Positions 46,905-57,221 of a DNA stretch of 64,000 bases are shown one piece after another (position 1 is the first letter of the stretch; every line of letters starts with the position of its first letter). The stretch spans positions 2,624 to 66,623 of the forward strand of contig JBLHVW010000003.1 of the NCBI GenBank assembly GCA_047628775.1, in the 5' to 3' direction. Origin of the DNA: Salibacteraceae bacterium. GTDB lineage: Bacteria > Bacteroidota > Bacteroidia > Flavobacteriales_D > Crocinitomicaceae. The translations under genes were made by a program, and so were the position numbers. The notes under the pieces were generated by a model, which had not been told where the DNA came from, made no database searches, and worked only from the letters and a program-made list of their open reading frames with translations.

Positions 46905-49900
46905 TTATCTTAAGAGGTTCATATGTCCCGTTTCTAAATATCGTTTGGCTGAGTAAAAGTCTTTAACCTCAATTTTCCAAATATAGGAGCCTTCTTGAGA
47001 GTATTGACCCTTATAACTTCCATCCCAACCTAATTTTGCGTCATGACTTTCAAATACTAATTCTCCCCATCGATTGAAAATGAGCAAGCTGTAATCAAAT
47101 GGATCAAAACCTGAAGTAAAAACAGGCGTAAAAGTCTGATTTAATTCATTCCCATCGGGAGTAAACGTATTCGGTATATAGAAAATTAACTCTTCTTTTA
47201 CCACAACTTTTTTAACAATTGAATCAGTACAACCAAATTCGTTAATTACTGTCAATGTAACGTTATACGTTTCAGCTTCGAATAATTCAAATTGATGACT
47301 TGGAGAAAAGTCACTTGAATTCAAGGTTTGATCTCCAAAATCCCAAATATAATATTGAGCGCCAGAAGAAGTGTTGATAAATTGTACCTCGGAATTTAAT
47401 GAAGTCAATTCAGCCGAATTAAAGAAGAAATCGGCAGTTACTTGATCGTATTCGGAAATTATCAAAATGACAACACTATCACATCCAAATGATGAAATCA
47501 GTGATTCAGTAAATGTTCCAGGTCCAAATACATTTCCTAGCGAACTAATATATTCATCTCCGAAACAAATATATTCGTAAACTGTATTAATAATGGGCCC
47601 CAGCTCTGTCACCACAAAAGTCACTGTGCTATCGCAGCCAGTAGCAGAGGTATACGTTTCATCGAAGGAACCTGCTCCATAAATGTTTGCTTGCGGAGAT
47701 GTGAATTGAGATCCATTACAGACTGTTTCATTCACTGTACTGGCATATGCGATTTGCTCTGTTACAACAAAAGTCACTGTGCTATCGCAGCCAGTAGCAG
47801 AGGTATACGTTTCATCGAAAGAACCTGCTCCATAATTGTTTGCTTGCGGAGACGTGAATTGAAATCCATTACAAACTGTTTCACTCACTGTACTGGCATA
47901 TGCGATTTGCTCTGTTACAACAAAAGTCACTGTACTATCACAACCAGTGGCAGAGGTATACGTTTCATCGAAAGAACCTGCTCCATAATTGTTTCCTTGC
48001 GGAGATGTGAATTGAAATCCATTGCAGACTGTTTCATTCACTGTACTGGCATATGCAATTTGCTCTGTCATTACAAAAGTCACCGTGCTATCACAACCAG
48101 TAGCAGAGGTATACGTTTCATCGAAGGAACCTGCTCCATAACTGTTTCCTTGCGGAGATGTGAATTGAGATCCATTGCATATTGTTTCATTCACTGTACT
48201 GGCATATGCGATTTGCTCTGTCACTACAAAAGTAACCGTGCTATCACAACCAGTAGCAGAGGTATACATTTCATCGAAAGAACCTGCTCCATAATTGTTT
48301 GCTTGCGGAGATGTGAATTGAAATCCATTACAGACTGTTTCATTCACTGTAATGGTATATGCGATTTGCTCTGTTACAACAAAAGTCACGGTGCTATCAC
48401 ACCCAGTGACAGAGGTATACGTTTCATCGAAGGAACCTGCTCCATAAATGTTTGCTTGCGGAGATGTGAATTGAGATCCATTGCATATTATTTCATTCAC
48501 CGTACTGGTATATGCGATTTGCTCTGTTACAACAAAAGTCACCGTGCTATCACAACCTGTAGCAGAGATATACGTTTCATCGTAAGAACCTGCTCCATAA
48601 ATGTTTGCTTGCGGAGATGTGAATTGAAATCCATTACAGACTGTTTCATTCACTGTACTGGCATATGCTATTTGCTCTGTAACTACAAAAGTCACCGTGC
48701 TATCACAGCCAGTAGCAGAGGTATATGTTTCATCGTAAGAACCTGCTCCATAAATGTTTGCTTGCGGAGACGTGAATTGAAATCCATTACAAACTGTTTC
48801 ATTCACTGTACTGGCATATGCGATTTGCTCTGTTACAACAAAAGTCACTGTGCTATCACAGCCAGTAGCAGAGGTATACGTTTCATCGAAAGAACCTGCT
48901 CCATAATTGTTTGCTTGCGGAGACGTGAATTGAAATCCATTACAAACTGTTTCATTCACTGTACTGGCATATGCGATTTGCTCTGTCACTACAAAAGTTA
49001 CCGTGCTATCGCAGCCAGTAGCAGAGGTATACGTTTCATCGAAAGAACCTGCTCCATAATTGTTTGCTTGCGGAGACGTGAATTGAAATCCATTACAAAC
49101 TGTTTCATTCACTGTACTGGCATATGCGATTTGCTCTGTTACAACAAAAGTCACTGTACTATCACAACCAGTGGCAGAGGTATACGTTTCATCGAAAGAA
49201 CCTGCTCCATAATTGTTTGCTTGCGGAGATGTGAATTGAGATCCATTACAGACTGTTTCATTCACTGTACTGGCATATGCTATTTGCTCTGTAACTACAA
49301 AAGTCACTGTGCTATCACAACCAGTGGCAGAGGTATACGTTTCATCGAAAGAACCTGCTCCATAATTGTTTGCTTGCGGAGATGTGAATTGAGATCCATT
49401 ACAGATTGTTTCATTCACTGTATTGGCATATGCGATTTGCTCTGTTACAACAAAAGTCACGGTGCTATCACAACCAGTAGCAGAGGTATACATTTCATCG
49501 AAAGAACCTGCTCCATAACTGTTTCCTCCTGGGGACGTGAATTGAAATCCATTACAAACTGTTTCATTCACTGTATTGGCATATGCGATTTGCTCTGTTA
49601 CAACAAAAGTCACCGTGCTATCACAACCTGTGGCAGAGATATACGTTTCATCGTAAGAACCTGCTCCATAAATGTTTGCTTGCGGAGATGTGAATTGAAA
49701 TCCATTACAAACTGTTTCATTCACTGTACTGGCATATGCTATTTGCTCTGTAACGACAAAAGTCACCGTGCTATCACAACCAGTAGCAGAGGAATACGTT
49801 TCATCGAAAGAGCCTGCTCCATAACTGTTTGCTTGCGGAGATGTAAATTGAAATCCATTACAGACTGTTTCATTCACTGTATTGGTATATGCGATTTGCT

Positions 49901-51674
49901 CTGTTACAACAAAAGTCACGGTGCTATCACAACCAGTAGCAGAGGTATACGTTTCATCGTAAGAACCTGCTCCATAACTGTTTGCTTCCGGAGATGTGAA
50001 TTGAGATCCATTACAGATTGTTTCATTCACTGTACTGACATATGCGATTTGCTCTGTTACAACAAAAGTCACGGTGCTATCACAACCAGTGGAAGAGGTA
50101 TACGTTTCATCGAAAGAACCTGCTCCATAATTGTTTGCTTGCGGAGATGTGAATTGAAATCCATTACAAACTGTTTCATTCACTGTACTGGCATATGCGA
50201 TTTGCTCTGTTACAACAAAAGTCACGGTGCTATCACAACCAGTAGCAGAAGTATACGTTTCATCGTAAGAACCTGCTCCATAATTGTTTGCTTGCGGAGA
50301 TGTGAATTGCAATCCATTACAAACTGTTTCATTCACTGTACTGGCATATGCGATTTGCTCTGTTACCACAAAAGTCACGGTACTATCACAACCATTAGCA
50401 GAGGTATATGTTTCATCGAAAGAACCTGCTCCATAGCTGTTTGCCTGCGGAGATGTGAATTGAGATCCATTACAGACTGTTTCATTCACTATATCATTGG
50501 TAACTACCAAAACACTAACGTTTGTCACAATTATTGAATCACACCCCTGAGTCGTTAGTAAATTTGATGTATGAGAAGTATTTGCGATAATAACTTGGTT
50601 AAAATTATCAGGGTAAATTACCGTATCATTTAAACAAGATGTGATATTCTCAATAACGTTATAACTCGCGCCTCCATTCGGCACAATAACGTCAATTGTA
50701 TCTTGACAAGTGTTAGACGATGTATCAATAGCAATAATTTGGTACATTCCATCCGATAAACTTGGAATCGAATATGTACCTGTGAAGTAGCTACTATAAG
50801 TAACGCTATTAATTAAAACGTCATAAACAAAGGATGAACCAGCAATTGTAAGGTCAATTGATCCATCATTTCCTGTACAAGACTCAGCAATTGCCGATCC
50901 ATTAATTACTAAATCACAAACACTTGGAGTAATGGAACAAATTGGTAAGTTTATTGTTCCATTATATATAGATGCCGCACCATTGGTAGTAAGCATTCTG
51001 CCCTCTAACGCTACCCCATCTCCCATAGAAATGGCCCCATTGTTTGACACAATAGTTCCTTTCATATTCGTATTAGCAGCCAAATGCATCGCTCCTTCTG
51101 CAATCCAAAACACATTACAAGCCAATGCCCCGCCTGTCAAAATAACGTTAGAAGAGGCCCCCGCAGAAAAGGCACCTCCAAATTGAAAAATAAATAGTGT
51201 GTCAGGATTCCCCTCTGCATCTAATATCAAGTTTCCGCCTAATGATCCCGCTCCTCCAGTATTATACACCCCTGCAGTAAGTGTTTCTGTTCCAAATGCA
51301 GGTGGATGCGAAGTAACTGTTGGAGTTATTGCAACTATTTCGTCATATGCAGCCTGCACATCAATTAAACATTGTGCAGTTGATGCATTCGCTAACTCTA
51401 TATTTCCAATAACCACATTGGGAGCGCCAAACCCGGTGATGGCACCTACATGTGTACCAATATGACCTGTAATATTTGTTGTAGTACCTGTGTTTCCTAA
51501 TGCCCCTAATGAAGTAAATATGGCATAGTTGCTTGCTGTACCCAAGTTAGGTGGCTGTGCTAAAGAAATATTAGGAAATAATAAAGCTGAAACAATAAAT
51601 TTTAATAATGGGCTAATTATCTTTGTTTGCTTACTTGATGAGCGCTTATGAATTTTCGAAAAAGAAGTTGCCAT
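46905..51674 (-). CDS. giant surface protein: DUF3494 ice-binding-like head, 19 near-identical 51-aa repeats, PKD-like domain, T9SS type B (gliding motility-associated) C-terminal domain
   Basis: The ORF is open to 51821; the likely start is the ATG at 51674 (MATSFSKIHKRSSSKQTKIISPLLKFIVSALLFPNISLAQ). DUF3494 signature: LGTASNYAIFT...GHIGT...LTAGVY...GNLILDAEGNPDTLFIFQFGGAFSAGASSNVILTGGALACNVFWIAEGA...GRMLTTNGA. Repeat unit: TVNETVCNGFQFTSPQANNYGAGSFDETYTSATGCDSTVTFVVTEQIAYAS. C-terminus: IPNTFTPDGNELNQTFTPVF...LLIFNRWGELVFES...GWDGSYKGQ...GSYIWKIEVKD. Confidence 0.85.
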   Translation of the reverse strand: MATSFSKIHKRSSSKQTKIISPLLKFIVSALLFPNISLAQPPNLGTASNYAIFTSLGALGNTGTTTNITGHIGTHVGAITGFGAPNVVIGNIELANASTAQCLIDVQAAYDEIVAITPTVTSHPPAFGTETLTAGVYNTGGAGSLGGNLILDAEGNPDTLFIFQFGGAFSAGASSNVILTGGALACNVFWIAEGAMHLAANTNMKGTIVSNNGAISMGDGVALEGRMLTTNGAASIYNGTINLPICSITPSVCDLVINGSAIAESCTGNDGSIDLTIAGSSFVYDVLINSVTYSSYFTGTYSIPSLSDGMYQIIAIDTSSNTCQDTIDVIVPNGGASYNVIENITSCLNDTVIYPDNFNQVIIANTSHTSNLLTTQGCDSIIVTNVSVLVVTNDIVNETVCNGSQFTSPQANSYGAGSFDETYTSANGCDSTVTFVVTEQIAYASTVNETVCNGLQFTSPQANNYGAGSYDETYTSATGCDSTVTFVVTEQIAYASTVNETVCNGFQFTSPQANNYGAGSFDETYTSSTGCDSTVTFVVTEQIAYVSTVNETICNGSQFTSPEANSYGAGSYDETYTSATGCDSTVTFVVTEQIAYTNTVNETVCNGFQFTSPQANSYGAGSFDETYSSATGCDSTVTFVVTEQIAYASTVNETVCNGFQFTSPQANIYGAGSYDETYISATGCDSTVTFVVTEQIAYANTVNETVCNGFQFTSPGGNSYGAGSFDEMYTSATGCDSTVTFVVTEQIAYANTVNETICNGSQFTSPQANNYGAGSFDETYTSATGCDSTVTFVVTEQIAYASTVNETVCNGSQFTSPQANNYGAGSFDETYTSATGCDSTVTFVVTEQIAYASTVNETVCNGFQFTSPQANNYGAGSFDETYTSATGCDSTVTFVVTEQIAYASTVNETVCNGFQFTSPQANNYGAGSFDETYTSATGCDSTVTFVVTEQIAYASTVNETVCNGFQFTSPQANIYGAGSYDETYTSATGCDSTVTFVVTEQIAYASTVNETVCNGFQFTSPQANIYGAGSYDETYISATGCDSTVTFVVTEQIAYTSTVNEIICNGSQFTSPQANIYGAGSFDETYTSVTGCDSTVTFVVTEQIAYTITVNETVCNGFQFTSPQANNYGAGSFDEMYTSATGCDSTVTFVVTEQIAYASTVNETICNGSQFTSPQGNSYGAGSFDETYTSATGCDSTVTFVMTEQIAYASTVNETVCNGFQFTSPQGNNYGAGSFDETYTSATGCDSTVTFVVTEQIAYASTVSETVCNGFQFTSPQANNYGAGSFDETYTSATGCDSTVTFVVTEQIAYASTVNETVCNGSQFTSPQANIYGAGSFDETYTSATGCDSTVTFVVTELGPIINTVYEYICFGDEYISSLGNVFGPGTFTESLISSFGCDSVVILIISEYDQVTADFFFNSAELTSLNSEVQFINTSSGAQYYIWDFGDQTLNSSDFSPSHQFELFEAETYNVTLTVINEFGCTDSIVKKVVVKEELIFYIPNTFTPDGNELNQTFTPVFTSGFDPFDYSLLIFNRWGELVFESHDAKLGWDGSYKGQYSQEGSYIWKIEVKDFYSAKRYLETGHMNLLR
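47604..50496 (-). repeat. tandem array, 153-bp unit x about 19 (coding, in frame)
   Basis: The period was measured directly: GATTTGC at 47751 recurs at 47904. Units differ at only a few positions. Degenerate copies flank the array on both sides. Confidence 0.95.
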
Positions 51675-52290
51675 TTTGTGACAGCATTCTGTAATGACTT
51701 CAAAAACAACACTAAAGATGTAACGTACTGCTCTTTTCATAAAAAAAGTATTAGTTAAAACGATTGGAAATGTTGACCTTTTTGCGTCAGGCCCTCTAAA
51801 AAAAACCAAATAAATCATCAACTACCCTTAAGGGGAACTGATAATTTTTCAAATAAAAAATCCATTTGAATAACCAATAGAAAATTTAGAAGTGATCGAA
51901 AATAAAGTCATTTGATTACGGACAAGAGATTAAAAGTCTCAGGTATAAAGTAAGGAGAAAGCACGAATGTGTTTTGTTACTTAGTAGTAATATTCTTTAT
52001 TAACTCAATCTAGTCAATTTAAACATTAAAGAATTATAAATTCGTCAAATGACCGTATTTAAGCTTCAAATCATCTAATTATACCGTTTAATTAAACTCG
52101 AATAGTGTCGCTTTTGTAATTTGGTTTCTTAATTCAACTATTATTAGTTAATAACTTTTAGATTTATTTTGTCAACAAACACTAATGTTCATCTGAAATT
52201 TGAAGATTGCTTAATAGGGTTGGTGAATTCTATAGAATATAATGACTCTAATTTAAGATAGTTAATCCTTGCTAAACTATCTTAACTAAC

Positions 52291-53321
52291 TGTCCAGTCC
52301 CTTGCAGCAGCTACAAACGATAGTACTCACACAAATTAGGAGAGCAAATTAAGGTGTGAATTTAAAGCTGTATTACTAAAAGAACAAAGAGAAAATTCAG
52401 TGCTTCATTTAAGACAAAAGTAGGTCTTGAAGCAATTAAAGAAAGACTAACAAGCCAAGAATTAGCTTCCAAGTATGAAATTCATTCCAATCAGGTTACT
52501 CAATGGAAGAAGGAGTTTCTAGAAAATGCTTCAGCTTGGTTTGAAACAAAAGCAAAGTAAGACAACGATGATGTTGAAAAGGAAAAACTTTATGGTAAAA
52601 TCGGGCAACTTCAAGTTGAGAAAGATTTTTTAAACTTTGTCTGGGGGAAATGAGTACAACAAAAAAGAGACAAAAAGTTGTAAAGCCTCATCCAGAGCAA
52701 AGTCTAGACAGCCAATGTAAAGTATTGAATATTCATCGCTCAGGTCTTTATTATAAGCCAAAGGGAAAAAGTGCTCTGAACTTAATTTTAATGTAGCATG
52801 TTGATAAATACTTTCTTGGACATCCATGTTACTGGGTAGAGCGAATGACGGACTATTTGAATAAGAATTTCGGATATCGTGTAAATGTAAAAAGGGTACG
52901 TAGATTACATGAAATAATGAGTTAAAACACCATTTATTGCAAACCACGAACAACCATTAAAGACAAGTCAAGGATCACAATACACCAGCGATGACTATAC
53001 CGAAACATTGGAGTCACATAAAATAGAGATTTCGATAGACGGAAGAGGAAGAGCTCTTGACAATATTTACATAGAGCGATTTTGGAGATCGTTGAAATAT
53101 GAAAAGATCTATCTCAACCCGGCCAACAGTGGTTTAGAACTATATGAAAATCTTAATCAATACATTCGATTTCACAATCAAGAAAGACGCCATACAGAGA
53201 TCGGAAAAGTTCCACCTGACGAGATATTTTACAAGAAATCAATGGCGTGTTAACAATAAAGAATTAACTTAAACCTGTTCTAAAGATGGGGAGTGCCTCA
53301 CGCAACTGCAAAACCGGAGCA
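52291..53321 (+). mobile_element. IS3-family insertion sequence remnant (no start codon, stops, internal deletion of the DDE core)
   Basis: OrfA-like KRKFSASFKTKVGLEAIKERLTSQELASKYEIHSNQVTQWKKEFLENAS...KLYGKIGQLQVEKDFL. OrfB fragments are LNIHRSGLYYKPKG and GYRVNVKRVRRLHEIM, then a jump to SQGSQYTSDDYTETLESHKIEISIDGRGRALDNIYIERFWRSLKYEKIYL...NQERRH (ORF 53008..53253). Candidate imperfect terminal IRs are TGTCCAGTCCCTTGCAGCAGC (52291) and, inverted, TGCTCCGGTTTTGCAGTTGCG (53321). Confidence 0.8.
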
Positions 53322-53381
53322 TGTACCTGTCTGATTCCCAAAAAAATGTAACTTTAACATCTAAAACTTTTTTTTTAAATT

Positions 53382-56300
53382 TTGACTGTCAAGCATCTAC
53401 TCACTATAGTCGGCTTTGTGCTTTTTAGCAACCTTTCTTTAAGTCAACAAAATTCCGTTGCGAGAGAATGGAACAATCTAATCCTAGAAGCAATTCGGAA
53501 TGATTTTGCCAGGCCTACCGTTCATGCAAGAAATTTGTTCCATCATTCGGTCATAGCTTATGATGCTTGGGCAGCCTATGACAACTCAAAAAAGACCTAC
53601 TTTTTAGGAGACACACTTCACGGTTATGTCTGTAGTTTCAGTGGTATTGATTATCCTGTTGATATTCATTCCGCGAGAGAAGAAGCCATTTCGTATGCGT
53701 CCTATCGATTTATTCAAAGCAGGTATCAAAACTCGCCAGATTACAACACTACTTTGATCCTAGTTCAAAACCTAATGAATCAATTGGGCTATGATCCATC
53801 GAACACATCAACGGATTATGTGAATGGCGGACCTGCTGAACTAGGAAATTATCTTGCTGAACAAATCTATTTGTATGGCCTTACAGATGGTTCAAATGAG
53901 CAAAATGATTATGCGAATATTTTCTATGATCAATTGAATCCCCCAATAATAATGAGTCAACCTGGAAATCCAAATATTCAAGATCCGAATCATTGGCAAC
54001 CTATCACGTTAACACAATCTATCGATCAATCTGGCAATCCAGTGCTCAGCACACCTGAAAATCTATCCCCCGAATGGGGCGAAGTACATCCGTTTTCTTT
54101 GGATTCATCCATGTACAATGAACATGTTCGAGATGGGGATACGTATAAAGTTTATTTTGACACTGTTTACCCGGCCATTCTAGATCTTTCTGACTCCTCC
54201 TCTTGGGAATCATTTTATAAGTGGAATCACACCTTGGTTTCTGTGTGGCAATCTCATCTTGACCCAACAGACGGAGTGATGTGGGATATCTCGCCAGGTT
54301 CAATTGGAAACAATTCGTGGTACCCATCCGATTCTTCCCAATATGCAGCGTTTTACGATTTAACCAACGGAGGCGACCCTGGAACGGGCTATACAATCAA
54401 TCCTGTAACGGGAATTCCATACTCCCCTCAAATAGTTCCCCGTGGAGATTATACGCGGGTACTTGCCGAGTTTTGGGCAGATGGTCTTGACTCCGAAACA
54501 CCTCCAGGACATTGGTTTGAAATCTACCATTACGTTTCAGATCAACCCGGTTTTGAGCGCAAATGGCAAGGAGTTGGTCCTTTATTGGACACTCTAGAAT
54601 ATGACGTAAAGGCGCAGTTAACACTTGGTGGAACTATGCATGATGCCGCAATAAGCGCGTGGAGTTTAAAAGGGTACTACGATTATATCCGTCCTGTTTC
54701 GGCAATTCGATACATGGCTGATTTAGGTCAAAGTTCAGATACCACAGCAATTAGTTATCATCCCAATGGAATTCCATTGTTGCCCGGTTTTGTTGAAATT
54801 GTCCAAGTTGGTGATTCTTTGGCCGGCCAATGGAACGAAAATGTTGGCAAAATCAAATTATTCACTTGGAAAGGACATGAATACATCATCGATCCCCTTA
54901 CGGAAATGGCAGGAGTTGATTGGATTCTTGCTGAAAAGTGGTGGCCTTATCAACGACCCACTTTTGTAACTCCACCATTTGCTGGATTTGTTTCAGGGCA
55001 TTCTACGTTCTCCCGGGCAGCTGCAAACACCATGGAATTTATTACTGGCTCACCTTATTTCCCAGGAGGACTTGGTGAATTTCAGGCTATTCAAAATCAG
55101 TACTTACATTTCGAAGAAGGTCCAAGCACAACGATTACACTTCAATGGGCTTCTTACAAAGACGCTGCCGATCAATGCAGTTTGTCAAGATTATGGGGAG
55201 GCATTCACCCTCCTATTGATGATATTCCAGGAAGAATAATCGGTGAGGAAATTGGAAGTTTAGCATTCATTAAGGCAGATGCGCTTTTTGATATTGATAA
55301 CCCCGCTTTAATTTCTGCTTCTGTCTCCGACTCTGTTCTGTCAATTGCCGATATTGGAAGTCAATTTTCAATGTATTTCACCTTTAATGTGCCAATGGAC
55401 TCCTCTTTAGTTCCATCGTTAACGTTGTTTGGAAGCCTTAGTTCTGCTGTCGGTATAAACCAATTTGTTTGGATCGATTCTTTCAATCTTGAATTGAACT
55501 TAAATGTTCTAACGAGTACAATAGAGTTGTTCGTGACGAATGTTGAAATTGGCAACTTATTTAGCGGAACAGGAAGTGCTTTGAGCAATTACAACTTCCT
55601 CAATTATTTCATCGTTGACACTAAAAGACCACTAGTAAATTCGATCGTTCCAAGTGAGAATGTAGTTTCAAACTCAACTGTCGGAACCTCTTTTGTTATT
55701 GACGTTGAATTTAATGAGGCCTGTATGACCACAACAAACCCAACACTTGTTTTAACTGCACCCACTCTGGTAAATCCAACTTTCACTTTAAACTTGACAG
55801 GCTCCTTTTGGAGTAACGATTCAACATTTAGTGCGTCCTACGATGTGATGGACTTTAATGAAGAAATCCCTTCAATTGATGTTGAAGTCACCAATGTTTT
55901 TGACTTAGCAGCGAACGAAATAAATATTTCTCAGTACGTTGATGTATTTGGTGTTGACACTAAGAGCCCTCTTATTACATCGATTTCTACAACCGACTCA
56001 TTGATTACCCAATCCGATTTGTCGAGTCCAGTTTTCACGATAGATGTAACTTTTCAAGAGGCCATGAATACTTCTATCCTTCCTACACTTACATTTTTGG
56101 ATCAAGGGATTCTGTACACATCGATTTCACAAACTCCGACGCAAACCTTTTGGACAGCTACCAATCAACTTTCAGTTTCGTTTTTAGTTTCTAGCAATAC
56201 GAATGATTTAATTCCGATCGACTTATCACTTTCGAATGTTACTGATTCAATTGGAAACACACTACTTGATTCACTTCAGTTGTCTTTTATTTGGAGTGAT

Positions 56301-57221
56301 ATGAAATCGCCTGAGGTTGTATCAATTGTCCCTAACAAATCCATTATTAGCGATAGTGTTTTGGGATCTTCGTTGTATTTCATTGATGTTGAATTTAACG
56401 AACCTATGGACACATCCAATAAGCCATTGGTTATGCATTTTGCAGGTCAATCTCTTACAAATTCATTGCAATACAACCTTCCTGTAAGTGACTTTGTCGA
56501 TTCTTTAAACTACCGAGCCTATTATCAAGTACTCGATGAAAACATTGAAATTGAACCCGTCCACTTAAAAATTGATTTTGGAAAAGATGCATCTGGAAAT
56601 ACCCAGGTTGTTGATTCGAGCTTAAATTTTATTGCCATTGACACGAAGAACCCAAGCGTTATTAGTTTGAATGCAAATGACTACATTCTGGATCAAATAG
56701 GTCAATCATTTGATGTCACTGCTATTTTCGACGAACCTATGCTCGCTACTGACTCTCCATCGATGCAATTTAGTCCTGTTGCTAGTACTTACTTGGATTT
56801 GGTCGACTCCATGTGGATTAATTCCTCAACTTACTTGTTCAATTACCATTTGGTTTCTACAACAATTCAAACAACCCAATTTGGAGTCCTCTTAAACTCC
56901 GCAGTTGATCAAGCTGGGAATGTCATAATTGAGCTAGATGTCGCAGATTATTTTCAAATTGACCAAACACTCGGAATTGTTCCGTTGTTGGATGAAAAGG
57001 TACTGCTCTATCCAAATGTTCTATTAAGCGGAGGACGCTTAAACATTGATGGCGATCTTGATCAAACCTCTTTTAATCTTATGAATTCAATTGGGCAAAT
57101 CGTACAAAAATTAGTATTCATAAAAGTGAATTCGAAATTTGTTTCCGATGAGATTTCCCTTCCTCCAGGAATGTACCTGTTAACGAATGGCCAAATAAAA
57201 GCCAAAATAATTATCCGCTAA
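53382..57221 (+). CDS. PAP2/vanadium-dependent haloperoxidase-like protein fused to Ig-like repeats and a T9SS sorting domain
   Basis: TTG start and signal peptide. All three PAP2 motifs are present: KGYYDYIRP (KX6RP), FVSGHSTF (SGH) and SRLWGGIHPPIDD (SRX5HX3D). The C-terminal 650 aa or so consist of repeated units of about 100 aa (DTK.PL..SI.P....IS.S.....F.IDVEFNE.M). Tail is LLYPNVLLSGGRLNI...GMYLLTNGQ. Confidence 0.8.
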   Translation: MTVKHLLTIVGFVLFSNLSLSQQNSVAREWNNLILEAIRNDFARPTVHARNLFHHSVIAYDAWAAYDNSKKTYFLGDTLHGYVCSFSGIDYPVDIHSAREEAISYASYRFIQSRYQNSPDYNTTLILVQNLMNQLGYDPSNTSTDYVNGGPAELGNYLAEQIYLYGLTDGSNEQNDYANIFYDQLNPPIIMSQPGNPNIQDPNHWQPITLTQSIDQSGNPVLSTPENLSPEWGEVHPFSLDSSMYNEHVRDGDTYKVYFDTVYPAILDLSDSSSWESFYKWNHTLVSVWQSHLDPTDGVMWDISPGSIGNNSWYPSDSSQYAAFYDLTNGGDPGTGYTINPVTGIPYSPQIVPRGDYTRVLAEFWADGLDSETPPGHWFEIYHYVSDQPGFERKWQGVGPLLDTLEYDVKAQLTLGGTMHDAAISAWSLKGYYDYIRPVSAIRYMADLGQSSDTTAISYHPNGIPLLPGFVEIVQVGDSLAGQWNENVGKIKLFTWKGHEYIIDPLTEMAGVDWILAEKWWPYQRPTFVTPPFAGFVSGHSTFSRAAANTMEFITGSPYFPGGLGEFQAIQNQYLHFEEGPSTTITLQWASYKDAADQCSLSRLWGGIHPPIDDIPGRIIGEEIGSLAFIKADALFDIDNPALISASVSDSVLSIADIGSQFSMYFTFNVPMDSSLVPSLTLFGSLSSAVGINQFVWIDSFNLELNLNVLTSTIELFVTNVEIGNLFSGTGSALSNYNFLNYFIVDTKRPLVNSIVPSENVVSNSTVGTSFVIDVEFNEACMTTTNPTLVLTAPTLVNPTFTLNLTGSFWSNDSTFSASYDVMDFNEEIPSIDVEVTNVFDLAANEINISQYVDVFGVDTKSPLITSISTTDSLITQSDLSSPVFTIDVTFQEAMNTSILPTLTFLDQGILYTSISQTPTQTFWTATNQLSVSFLVSSNTNDLIPIDLSLSNVTDSIGNTLLDSLQLSFIWSDMKSPEVVSIVPNKSIISDSVLGSSLYFIDVEFNEPMDTSNKPLVMHFAGQSLTNSLQYNLPVSDFVDSLNYRAYYQVLDENIEIEPVHLKIDFGKDASGNTQVVDSSLNFIAIDTKNPSVISLNANDYILDQIGQSFDVTAIFDEPMLATDSPSMQFSPVASTYLDLVDSMWINSSTYLFNYHLVSTTIQTTQFGVLLNSAVDQAGNVIIELDVADYFQIDQTLGIVPLLDEKVLLYPNVLLSGGRLNIDGDLDQTSFNLMNSIGQIVQKLVFIKVNSKFVSDEISLPPGMYLLTNGQIKAKIIIR

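Noticed and set aside
47604-50496. Regular repeats that could suggest a CRISPR array
   Set aside because: The units are contiguous, with no unique spacers. The period is 153 bp, a multiple of three. The array is in frame within a long ORF flanked by recognisable protein domains.
47691-50537. 948-aa plus-strand ORF, the second longest in the window
   Set aside because: It runs antisense through the 153-bp tandem array of the giant minus-strand gene. Its translation is a periodic Cys/Arg/Ile-rich string with no motifs. It stays open only because the repeat unit lacks stops in that frame. The minus-strand reading has clear domain homology.
52630-52953. 107-aa minus-strand ORF inside the IS remnant
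   Set aside because: It is antisense to recognisable IS3 OrfB fragments and has no homology features.
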